DNA of 64,000 nucleotides from Eledone cirrhosa (taxonomy: Eukaryota), in the NCBI GenBank assembly GCA_964016885.1, contig CAXHJY010000304.1:62001-126000 (forward strand), written 5' to 3'. Positions 37,088-48,328 of the stretch are shown piece by piece. The notes under the pieces were generated by a model that did no database searches, was not told where the DNA came from, and saw nothing but the letters and a program-made list of their open reading frames with translations. Position numbers and translations under genes: made by a program. Each line of letters starts with the position of its first letter. Within the stretch, counting starts at the first letter, position 1.

Positions 37088-37570
37088 TGCAGAGCACTAG
37101 AAGTTGATGGAAACCGCGGAGTGGGGAGACCCAAGATGACCTGGGATGAGGTGATAAAAGCCGACCTTACCCAACTACACCTCTCAAAGTCAATGACACA
37201 CGACCGTGACTTCTGGCGTCACGCAGTAATACAGGGTACCCGACCTCCCATGGGTACAAGCTGAAGCATATAAACAATATGCCCCCCCCCCCCCTCCACC
37301 GCAAGGTGGTCGTGGAGGTGCCACGGCAAAAAGGCACCCAGCCCACACTGTAAAGTGGACGTGTAGGCGCCACGAAAAAGCACCCAGCACTCACTGTAAA
37401 TGAGGTTGGTGTTAGGAAGGGCATCCAGCTGTAGAAATCAAGCCAAATCAGTTCCTGTATGAGCAAGGCATGGTCAGCCGACCAGACACTGCCCACAACA
37501 GGACAACCCGTCTAACCCATGCTAGCGTGGAAGAACGGACGTAAAACGGTGATGATGATGATGATGATGA
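37088..37570 (+). mobile_element. RTE subfamily A 3' fragment
   Basis: Near-identical to 13511-13990. Confidence 0.9.
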
Positions 37571-37625
37571 TATATTATATATATATAATATGCATATATA
37601 TTATATATATATGTATATATATATA

Positions 37626-37661
<36 letters not shown>

Positions 37662-37666
<5 letters not shown>

Positions 37667-37872
37667 CCGTGTAGGCAACACGGTAAAAACCTCCCAGCCC
37701 CACACTGTAAATGTGGTTGGTGTTAGGAAGGGCATCCAACTGTAGAAAACCCGCCAGACAGTCCTATGCGAGCAAGACAACCACTCTTGCCTCAAGTGGG
37801 AAAACCCCCGTCCAAACCCATGCAAGCGTGGAACACGGACGCTAAACCTGATGATGATGATGATGATGATGA
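37662..37872 (+). mobile_element. RTE subfamily C 3' UTR fragment
   Basis: Reverse complement of 49966-50175; a further copy lies at 32645-32806 (-). Confidence 0.8.
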
Positions 37873-38499
37873 TATATATATATATATATGAGTTTCTGTA
37901 TGGCTTTGCCATTTCAAAGATGGTTATCCACTCACCCTGGAAATGGCAAGATCCCAACCATTGGAAACCAACTCATTATAATACCTACACTCTAACTTCC
38001 TAAGTATCATGTACTCACCTGAACAATGGTCCTACTAGTCTATACTGGTAAAACCCATATATATATGTTAATAGTTTTCTCTCGTGGTATTGGTGGACAT
38101 GTCTTGTCAATACTTCCTTCATTGTCACAAAGTGACTGTCATATGAACATATCTTTTATTATAATATGTGTGTCGACAACAGATAAGGCAAATATACCTG
38201 AAAGGAGTGTTCTGCATAATGTGTAAATATATAAATAGAGCCTTGCTGTCTGAATATGATGAGTGTACAAACACTCTAATCAACTGAGACTATCCTCGTA
38301 ATTTCAAAACCAAACCTTCCATTAAAGGTGTTCAGATGATAGAAAGCAAGCAAAGGAGATAAGACCAATAGACTATAAAATGGTCCACTCCCACTGCATT
38401 TACTTACATTGTTCTGAAAGAGTTGGATCTGCCAATACTATAATATTTCTATTCCTTCTTTATCCAAAATGATAACATTGCTGACACTCAAAAGAAAGA

Positions 38500-39240
38500 G
38501 ACATGGAAATGCCAATATGGGAGGTTGTTGAATGTGGAGAATAAGCGGGAGGAAGAGAAAGTACCCCAGCTGACATAAGAGACAGCTATCAAAATTGACA
38601 GTTACAGAAGCAATCAAAAATATGAAAAATGGTAAAGCTACTGAACTGAGATGCTGAAAATGTCTTGAGACATAGCCAAACTAGTCACCTGCATAGTCGA
38701 TCATGTAATACAGGACGGGATGATACCCAGTGATTGGCGCAGCAGCATACTCATTAACATTTACAAAGGAGAAAAGGTGATGCACTAGAAAGGAACAACT
38801 ACAGGGGCATAAAACTGATGGACCAAGTTATAAAGGTGACAGAAAGAGTTTTAGCACTGCTAATTAGGGTAAGAGTCAAATTAGGTGAGTTGCAGTTTGG
38901 TTTTATATCAGAGAGGAGCACTACAGATGTCCTCTTCTTAGTGACACAACCACAAGAGAGGTTCCTAGCTAAAACTACACCACTGTATCTAGTTTTCATT
39001 GATCTAAAGAAGTCTTTTCACAGAGTACCACAATCTGTCATCTGGTGGTCTCTAAGGAAACTAAACATAGAAGATTAGGTTGTGAGAGCAGTGCAAACCA
39101 TGTACAGAGAACTTGTCAGTAAAATGAGGATAGGTTATGAGTTTAATGAGTAATTCATTGTGTAGGTAGATATTCATCAAGACTCAGTCCTCAGCTTTAT
39201 CCTGTTTATTATAGTTCTCCACTCAATAACAGAGGAGTTC
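38500..39240 (+). pseudogene. Old degraded RTE RT fragment
   Basis: NYRGIKLMDQVIKVTERV...QFGF...FIDLKKSFHRVP with stops. Confidence 0.8.
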
Positions 39241-39380
39241 AATGGTGATGATGATGTGTGTGTGAGTGCATGTGCGTGTATATATATATATATAGCTGTT
39301 GTATGGTTGCAATAAATACGTCCGTAGGCAGTATGCCGTTTGAGCACTCGATGCTCGTGCAGAGCAGAATATATATATAT

Positions 39381-39412
<32 letters not shown>

Positions 39413-39416
<4 letters not shown>

Positions 39417-39642
39417 ATGAGAATGGAGGGTGACCGCTGGGTAAAGAAGTGCCAAGAAACGCCAGTAGAAGGAAGACACAGTCGAGGAAAACCACGAAAA
39501 ACAGGTGGTGAGAGCAGACCTCAGATCGCTTAAACTCATGGAGGAGATGACGAAGGACCGTGACAAATGGAGGGATGCTGCGCTGAATAGGACCCATCCC
39601 ACCCTTGCAAGAAGGTAAAAGCGGACGTAAAATGATGATGAT
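39413..39642 (+). mobile_element. RTE subfamily B 3' fragment
   Basis: Similar to 9262-9500. Confidence 0.8.
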
Positions 39643-39679
<37 letters not shown>

Positions 39680-39690
39680 GTATAATCAGT

Positions 39691-39743
39691 GAGTGTCACT
39701 GATGAAAGATTAATGAATCTTGAAAGAACGTTGTCTGATACTC
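39691..39743 (+). ncRNA. Minimal type I hammerhead ribozyme motif (one helix III mismatch)
   Basis: GAGUGUCA-CUGAUGA-AAGAUU(AAUG)AAUCUU-GAAA-GAACGUUG-UC-UGAUACUC. Confidence 0.7.
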
Positions 39744-40744
39744 TCAGAATATTCTGGCAACTCTATAATATATTCATAGAGGAAAATAGAAAAAAAATAT
39801 CATTTTTTACGTTTCATTTTCGTTTCATTACAAAAAAATTTTTCTTCACCAGTGATGTTAACCATATTTTCATTGTATATAAATGTATTATCTATGTTTA
39901 TATATGTCTTCATATACACCTCTATTAGTGCTGCTAACATAAATATATATATATATCATATATATATATACACATATGAAATTAATATTAAGACAGATGT
40001 TATATAATCGTATTAATCAGATAATATGTATTCAGAGACACCAGTGTGGAGTTGTAATGTGATCATTACAACAACGACTAGATGTTAAGACAGTTATATG
40101 AAGGAGTTGTCACATTCATGTTTGTTGCTGTTGTAATCATTGCATTGTCACTGAAATATGTATTATCCAATAAATACAATTATGTAACATCCGTCTTAAC
40201 TTTAATTTCATACATAGAAATTCTAGAGCATTTGATCACCATCGTTATGCTGGATAGATATGACTGATATGAAATACTCTTACCTGCTTACACCTGCTAA
40301 TCAACAAGATGTCACAACACAACTCTTATGGATAAGCAACACAGTAATTAACAACTATATATATACATATATATGTGTGTGATTGTGTGTTTGTGTGTGC
40401 ATGTGTGTGTGTGTGTGTGTGAGTGTATGTGTAGAGACAAGTGCTTAGTGGTTTGAAAGTTGTATTCATAATCATGAGATTGTGAGTTTGGTTCCTTGAC
40501 AGGTAATGTGTTGTGTCCTTGAGCAATACATTTTATTTCACATTGCTCCAGTTCACTCAGCTGTAGAAATAAGTTGTAATGTCGCTGATGCAAAGCTGTA
40601 TCAGCCTTTGCCTTTCTATTGGACAACATAGGTGATGTAGAGAGAGACTGGTATGCATGAGCGATTGCTTGTTTTCCACAAAAACATTTTGCTGGGCTTG
40701 AACTTCAGAGGGAAACTTTCTTTATTAGTGTCATCTTTATTATT

Positions 40745-41735
40745 TGTACTTGGGGTTCTTGGTCTTCATAAGTGTTCGTCCCTTTCTCTTCCCTGCTTCC
40801 TTTCCTCCACCCATGCTTGCTCCACCCTGGTGAGCAGCATCCTCTCCTCTCCGACATGGACTAGTTCCAACAGGGTGTTGGGTGAAGCTCTCCAGCAATG
40901 GAGTGAGTTGGGCTTGTCTCTTCCTGAGAAGGTGGAGAACTGTCGAAGTCAGAGAACTTAGGACAGCATAAGTTCTAAAGCCACCTTCGACTCCCTCTTC
41001 ATCCAGTCGGATCAGTTTGCAAGGTGCCGCTTACTATCTGCCAGCGTCAAATACTCAGGCGACTGGGTTGATGCCCTGCCTGTGGTCAACATTGGTGGCC
41101 TACTCAGCCTGGACGAACTTCATGTCTCCGTCGCCCTCAGAGTGGGAGCTGACGTCTGCATGGGTTTGAGGTGCCGATGCGGCAAACTCCTCGACTCTAC
41201 AGGTCTCCCCGGTATTTCTTGCCGCCTGAATGCCGGCCGCTTCGTGTGTCACACAGAGCTAAACCTCATTCTCAAGAGAGCTTTGGCCCGGGCTAACATC
41301 CCCTCAGTCTTGGAACCATCTGGGTTGTCCAGAAGTGACAGCAAAAGACCTGACAGCCTTACCCTGTGCCTCTGGTCGAGAGGCAGGTGCCTTGTCTGAG
41401 ACGTCACTGTTAGTGACTCTTTTGCTTCTTCTCACATCCTGGATGCTGCGGTTAAGACGAGAGCCACAGCTTCTGCAACCGACCGGGGGTAAGACCCTCA
41501 AATACTGTGATCTGTCGGCCAGCTACATTTTTCAGCCTGTGGCTTTCAAGACGTTTGGGGAAGTTGGGCCGCTGACTGTGAGGTTCCTCTCTTCACTGGC
41601 GGCTCGCCTAATAGAGGTGACTGGCGAATCATTAGAGAGGTTGCCCGGTACTCCTTGCGACGCTGCTGTCTTTTGCTCTGGTGTTTGCTCGGTTGTTCAC
41701 CACTTCATTTTCTTTAGTATTGCAACATTAAAAGA
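40745..41735 (+). mobile_element. CRE-like non-LTR element 3' part (zinc knuckle and PD..D endonuclease), degenerate
   Basis: SGDWVDALP...VALRVG...CRCG...SC...HTELN..LKRAL...LEPSGLSRSDSKRPD...W.RGRCLV*DVTV...KY...FQPVAFKTFG. Confidence 0.78.
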
Positions 41736-41902
41736 ATATATCCTTCTGAAATAATTGCAAGCAATTTATAATTGTTTCTACTTTAGGCATAAGGCCAGCA
41801 ATTACCCAGTGCATTACTGGTACTTTATTTTATCGACCCCGAAAAGATGAAAGGCAAAGTCAATTTATAATGTTATCTAAGCATTTGTAATGTTATTTAT
41901 GT

Positions 41903-42440
41903 CATCATCATCATCACTGTTTTATGTCCGTTCTTCCACGCTAGCATGGGTTAGACAGGTTGTCCTGTTGTGTCCAGTCGGCTGACCTTGTCTTGCTCAT
42001 ACTGGAACTGATTCTGGCTTGATTACTACAGCTGGATGCCTTTCCTAACACCAACCACATTTACAGTGAGTGCTGGGAGCTTTTTTTCCGTGGCGCCTAC
42101 ACATCCACTTTACAGTGTGGTCTGGGTGCTTTTTTGCAATGGCACCTCCACGACCACTTCGCAGTGGGAGGGGGTGGGGCATATAGTCTATATGCTTCAA
42201 CTTCGGCTTGTACCTGTGGAAAGTCGTGTCTTCTGTATTACTGCGTGACGCCAGAGGTCACAGTCGTGTGTCATCGCCCTTGAGAGATGCAATAGGGTAA
42301 GGTCGGCTTTTATCACCTCATCCCAGGTCTTCTTGAGTCTCCCCACTCCGCGACTTCCATCGACTTCTAGTGCTCTGCACCTTTTTATGCAGCTGTCATC
42401 CTTCATACGCATCACATGTCCATACGCATCACATGTCCAT
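41903..42440 (-). mobile_element. RTE subfamily A 3' fragment, antisense to the host gene
   Basis: MRMKDDSCIKRCRALEVDG..., 3' UTR and (CAT)n. Confidence 0.85.
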
Positions 42441-42545
42441 ATATGTATAAATTTAAAACATATTTGTTATATTATTCTACTGTAAATTTATTCATATGCT
42501 TTGTATAATAAATTTCCCACCAGCTTCTATATATATATATATATA

Positions 42546-42941
42546 TAGGGTGCGGCAAAATGATCTGACACATTTGTACATTTAATAAAAGCGAAATAGA
42601 ATAAAAAATGAACAAAGTATTTTTATTTTCTAAATATACATATATATGTTTCTACTTTTGGCACAAGGCCAGCAATTTTCCCAGTTTATTACTGGTACTT
42701 TATTTTATTGACCCCCATAAGGATGAAAGGCAAAGTTAACCTCGGCAGGATTTGAACTCTGACAATAAAGGGCCGTAACTCTTTGCTGCAAAGCATGACG
42801 TCAAACCCTCTACCGATACTGCCAATCCACCGCCATTTTGTTTTATTTTGTTTTAAATATTACATCAACCAAATTGCCGCTGTTGTTGTCCACACACTGT
42901 CGAAGGCATTCGCAGAAGTCAGATCATTTTGCTGCACCCTG
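42546..42941. mobile_element. Tc1/mariner-type MITE with a family-1 SINE inserted (about 42647-42835)
   Basis: TIRs (C/T)AGGGTGCGGCAAAATGATCTGAC / GTCAGATCATTTTGCTGCACCCTG, TA flanks; minus-strand remnant CLRQCVDNNSGNLVDVIF resembles a transposase C-terminus. Confidence 0.75.
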
Positions 42942-43477
42942 TATATATATATATAAAAACAAATAGTAGAAAGGAAAAAATATTTTCAGTAGAAAATGTT
43001 GAAGAGATTCTTTCAGTGAAATATCAAAACATTAATTTATTTACAATACCGGTTTCAGCATTATATGCATTGTCAATTGCGGATATGCAGAATATTGATA
43101 ATAATAATAGCTGACCCTTGTGGAATTCCATGGCTTAATTAGAAATAATCACCCATGAAGCCACATGATCAAGATTTTCTAGACTACATCACATGAAAAA
43201 TTAAAGTCTTTACTTTACTGCAAATTTTCATAATGATCTGTCTGCTAGTAAAAATATAAACATTTGAATTAAGAAATTTATTTTTGGATCTTTTTGGCGA
43301 AATTGTTACAGGATGTTAAGTGTTAAAGATCAATTAATATATAGATATTTTAATTATAAGTTGAGACAACTTATGCAGCTTCATATGCAAATGAGATTAA
43401 TCACCTCATTTACACAGAGGAGAAAACTATATATTCTTGACTGTTTTCAAGTCCAGCAGTAGCAAGCAGTGGGAGGG

Positions 43478-43521
43478 ACCGTCCTGACGAAGGCTAAACA
43501 AGCCTGAAATGCATAGACGGT
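43478..43521 (+). ncRNA. Minimal type I hammerhead ribozyme motif with extended helix I (43451-43544)
   Basis: ACCGUC-CUGACGA-AGGCU(AAACA)AGCCU-GAAA-UGCA-UA-GACGGU; outer GUCCAGCAG..AGCAAG / CUUGCU.CUGCUGGAC. Confidence 0.85.
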
Positions 43522-43589
43522 TGTCCCCCTTGCTTCTGCTGGACACCACGAAATATAAGTCAATTGCATGAACTCATAATCCTTTATTT

Positions 43590-43645
43590 ACTGCTATATA
43601 TATTTCGATGATAGCCATTGAATGGCTATGACCTCATCAGGCAGT
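43590..43645 (-). ncRNA. Minimal type I hammerhead ribozyme motif
   Basis: ACUGC-CUGAUGA-GGUCAUAGCCAU(UCA)AUGGCUAUCAUC-GAAA-UAUAUA-UA-GCAGU. Confidence 0.8.
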
Positions 43646-44219
43646 TAGTCAGTTCTTAGATATGCCAGCTCTGTGTTTTTGGTGTTGATGGTTTCAGAGC
43701 CTTGAGACATATGAGCTTGTTAGGGATAATTCAATGTAGTCAGCAGGAATAATCTTAATTCTCATTGGTCAGTTTTTAGATGCTAGTAGGGTTGGTATTT
43801 GACCTCAAAGAGGCAGGTGGTGTTGTAAAGTTCAGACAAGATGACAATAGTTCCATATGACTGATTTTCACAAAAAGCATTCCTGGTCAGATATATATTC
43901 AATTGAGGTTTATAGTATGAAATTCGATACTACAGGTCATTCTTAAATTGAGGAATTTATGTGGGGTGGTAATACTGAAAATTATGGTTAGAGTCAAATA
44001 CTTAGAAGTTTACAAATAAAAAGACTTATGTTGGTTGACTTGTACATACACTCACACCTACCCCCACAGACACACACATCTACACACACAAATCCATACA
44101 GGTGTGTATATATATGTATGTACGCACAAGTGCATATATATATACAACAGAGGCCCCCAAATCCAAGTATATGGCAGACAAAAAACGAGGTGGGTGTTAT
44201 TTTTAAAGGAAAGTAAAAT

Positions 44220-44312
44220 GTTTGACCCCGACGGCAGAGCTCAAGCCGTTTCGCCAGCTATTTCGGGAAAATAGCCGTCGAAACGGCTTGAGTTCTGTCG
44301 TCGGGGTCAAAC
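44220..44312. repeat. 93-bp near-perfect GC-rich palindrome
   Basis: GTTTGACCCCGACGGCAGAGCTCAAGCCGTTTCG ... CGAAACGGCTTGAGTTCTGTCGTCGGGGTCAAAC. Confidence 0.9.
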
Positions 44313-44399
44313 TTTTTCCTATTACCCACTCTACTACCCTAAGTATTGAGTACTCTAGTGCATTATGGTCCATCTGGTTCCTTACCAGACCTCCTTCGT

Positions 44400-45603
44400 T
44401 ATATATGTATAACTGAGGATGTCTGTCTGTGTAAATCCCTAAAACTCGAGAATTACCTAACCGATTTTTTTCAAACTTTACACATGCGTTACTTATATTG
44501 CTTGACGTGCAATGGGCTAAAAAATTTAATTTTCTGCGCAAGGTCCCACATTTGTCGAAAAACCACATTTTTAAGGCATTTTTAGGCTTTTTTGAGGCGT
44601 AACTTAAAGATAATCCAGCTGATTTCCTTGAAATTTGCAGCACACATTAGTTAGTCCTCTTACATTTCTGTGGACAAAAAAAAATTTCCGATTACATTAA
44701 TAGTTTCTAGGAAATTTATGAATTAGCATTGGGCATTACATGCCATTTTCATTTTCAATATAAATGCTACTTAAACATCGTAAGTAACATATAATATTTC
44801 GTTAAAAATTTGGTTTATTTAACAAAGGACACAACACTTACTTACTTTTAAGCAGGACGATTTTTGGGGGATTGAAGAAATGAGGAGGACCTTAAAATGT
44901 TTGTCGACGCCCTGTTGACGCTTCATGCTTTCATCACTCACAAATCCGGGCCCTGTGTACGTTGCCGTGTTATTGACACCGTAAAACTCACGTCTGTGCT
45001 ACTTCTACTAAGACCTCTTTTGTTGCACCTACACCGCAGTATCAACGCCCTGCGCAAGTACGCCGAAGAGCGGTTGTGCTAATTCCACGGTGACCCCTTT
45101 TGTCGCACCTTTCTTGCGGTGTAAATGCAGTAGCAACCAGTGCCACCCAGCATTTGTGCTAATTGCACTATGACACCCTTCTGCTGAAGCTGCATTTCCA
45201 CACTGATTTTGTCATCTCAGTATCCCTACTTAAACGTACATCCCTACTTTGTTTTCATACAATTGAGTACGTTGCTCCTTCAGATGATGTCTGTCCGGAT
45301 GACTGGGTGCAAATCAATAAAACTCAAAAAGTACCTAACCGATTTTCTCCAATGGAAGAAAAAATCATACTCTAAGATTTAGTACGCTTAAAGAGTATCC
45401 AGGTGATTTTCTTCAGATTTTGCACATGCATGCAGATGTTTCACGATTCGGGCCTGCTGGTGTTCTACGTTTCCAGTAGATGAACAATCATTCCCTGAGA
45501 ATAAGAGAATTCAAAACGTACACAGCTACATTCCTCAATCTTTGCATATGCGTGTTGCTATTTCATGTTTCCTACCCCGTGCAACGCCGGGTCCTGCTGC
45601 TAG
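44400..45603 (+). mobile_element. Non-autonomous Helitron-like element
   Basis: 5' TATATATGTATAA...GTCTGTCTGTG...CCGATTTT..AAACTT; 3' hairpin CCCGTGCAACGCCGGG, 8 nt, then CTAG|T. Confidence 0.72.
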
Positions 45604-46138
45604 TATATATATAAACTTAAGAAAATTAACAAAGAAAAGACAAAATAACAAACGAAAACAAAACAAATTTATAGCCGTTCAGCTACAAAACATACAATTT
45701 TGTCTGACGTTAGGGAAAATGTCTGGTGCCTGATAGAGCATGTGATACATGAGGGAAACAAAGAAAAAAACGGAAAAAAAGAAAGAAAAAAGCAAGAAAA
45801 AGAAAGTAAGATATCGTGTTAAAAAATGTAAGCTATTACAATAAATGGGGGAGAAGGGATAAACACGTATGCCACGTTAGTAAATAAACTTAAGAAAAAA
45901 AGGACAAGTCAACAAATGCAAACAAAACAAAACAAACAAGGGGAAACCTTAAAAAAATTTTTTTTTAATATACAAACGAAATCATTATCATCATCATTTC
46001 ATGTCTGTTTCTATGCTGGCATGGGTTGGATTGGTTGTCAGGTACTGAGATTAGACATGTCAGTTATCCTCATCTTGTTCATACATTCCATTTTGTCATG
46101 GTTTCTACTGCTAGATGCTCTTCTTAATACCAATTATT

Positions 46139-47211
46139 TTACAGTGTACTGGGTGCATTATATTGTGGTACCAGCACTACCATTTTACAGAGTGAACTGG
46201 GTGCATTATATTGTGGTACCAGCACTACCATTTTACAGAGTGAACTGGGTGCATTATATTGTGGTTCCAGCACTACCATTTTACAGAGTGGGCTGGGTGC
46301 ATTATATTGTGATTCCAGCACTACCATTTTACAGAGTGGGCTGGGTGCATTATATTGTGGTACCAGCACTACCATTTTACAGAGTGGGCTGGGTGCATTA
46401 TATTGTGGTTCCAGCACTACCATTTTACAGAGTGGGCTGGGTGCATTATATTGTGGTACCAGCACTACCATTTTACAGAGTGGGCTGGGTGCATTATATT
46501 GTGGTACCAGCACTACCATTTTACAGAGTGGGCTGGGTGCATTATATTGTGGTACCAGCACTACCACTTTACAGAGTGGGCTGGGTGCATTATATTGTGG
46601 TTCCAGCACTACCACTTTACAGAGTGGGCTGGGTGCATTATATTGTGGTACCAGCACTACCATTTTACAGAGTGGGCTGGGTGCATTATATTGTGGTACC
46701 AGCACTACCATTTTACAGAGTGGGCTGGGTGTATTATATTGTGGTACCAGCACTACCATTTTACAGAGTGGGCTGGGTGCATTATATTGTGGTACCAGCA
46801 CTACCATTTTACAGAGTGGGCTGGGTGCATTATATTGTGGTACCAGCACTACCACTTTACAGAGTGGGCTGGGTGCATTATATTGTGGTACCAGCACTAC
46901 CATTTTACAGAGTGGGCTGGGTGCATTATATTGTGGTACCAGCACTACCATTTTACAGAGTGGGCTGGGTGCATTATATTGTGGTACCAGCACTACCATT
47001 TTACAGAGTGGGCTGGGTGCATTATATTGTGGTACCAGCACTACCATTTTACAGAGTGGGCTGGGTGCATTATATTGTGGTACCAGCACTACCACTTTAC
47101 AGAGTGGGCTGGGTGCATTATATTGTGGTACCAGCACTACCACTTTACAGAGTGGGCTGGGTGCATTATATTGTGGTACCAGCACTACCACTTTACAGAG
47201 TGGGCTGGGTG
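46139..47211. repeat. 48-bp minisatellite, about 22 copies
   Basis: Unit TTACAGAGTGGGCTGGGTGCATTATATTGTGGTACCAGCACTACCA(T/C)T; 16-aa periodic ORFs. Confidence 0.95.
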
Positions 47212-48328
47212 TGTATATATGTATATATATATATGTTGATTAAGTGTATGCGGTTAATAACAACTACCATTGGCACCACAACCATTACAACCATCACCAC
47301 CACTAGTAACACCATTAGAAGCATCACCACCACTACTACCAACATCAGAACCACCACAACCACCACTATTAAAACCACTACCACCATCACCACCACCACC
47401 ACCACCACCACCAACACCACCACCAACACCACAACAACAATAACAACAACAATAATAACAACAATAACAACAACTGCCCCAACACCACCATCACCACCAC
47501 AACAACCGCCACAATTACAATCATCAATACCAACACCATTCCAACCATCAACAGCACCAGCACTACCAACACCTCCACCACCACATGCCAGTATCACAGA
47601 CAAAGCCAGGTTTGTGGAACTATCAGTAGTGGGTTCAATTCTAACACTCTTTCCCCATTCTCTCCAAACAACAACAGCAAGAAAAACCATTCTATCAGAG
47701 TGTAACTATGGCAACAGAGAATCCTATTTTTAACTTTGTTAGTATAATGGTTTTATTGAGTGATTATATGCATGTATGTATATGTATGTACGTATATAGT
47801 AGTAATCAAAGCAGCAAAGTGGAGTATATATATAAAGGAAGACATGAGAATGTGTAAGCGTGGGTATGCATACAGTCAATAAAGCATATATATATATATA
47901 TATACTTAATTAAACATGCATGTATACACACATATATAGGAATTGATAAACTTACATACCCACATACATATTCCAATTTTATATATTTGTATAGATGCCT
48001 ATACTTACATTAATACACACTATCTTGAATTAACTAAGAGTACGCCTATACCCAGTTAAGTATAGTTCTCTGTCCGTTATTGTTGTTGTTGTTTAACCCC
48101 ATGTCAACCATGACTGACCAGAGCTCTGTTTTTGTCTGTTATTTTCCACTATAATTATGTTACAGATGTGTCAAATACATCATCATCATCATTATAACCA
48201 TTTTATATCCCTTTTCTTGATTATTTTCAAAGTAATGTACGGGTTAAAAGTATTATTTCAAAAATAGCGGGAAATTATTATATCAAATTTATTCCAAATG
48301 ATAAACATTCTTTTTATTGTTGTTTCAG

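Noticed and set aside
45916-47733. 605-aa and overlapping repeat ORFs; CRISPR-like appearance of the 48-bp array
   Set aside because: Head-to-tail units with no unique spacers, no cas genes, eukaryotic context
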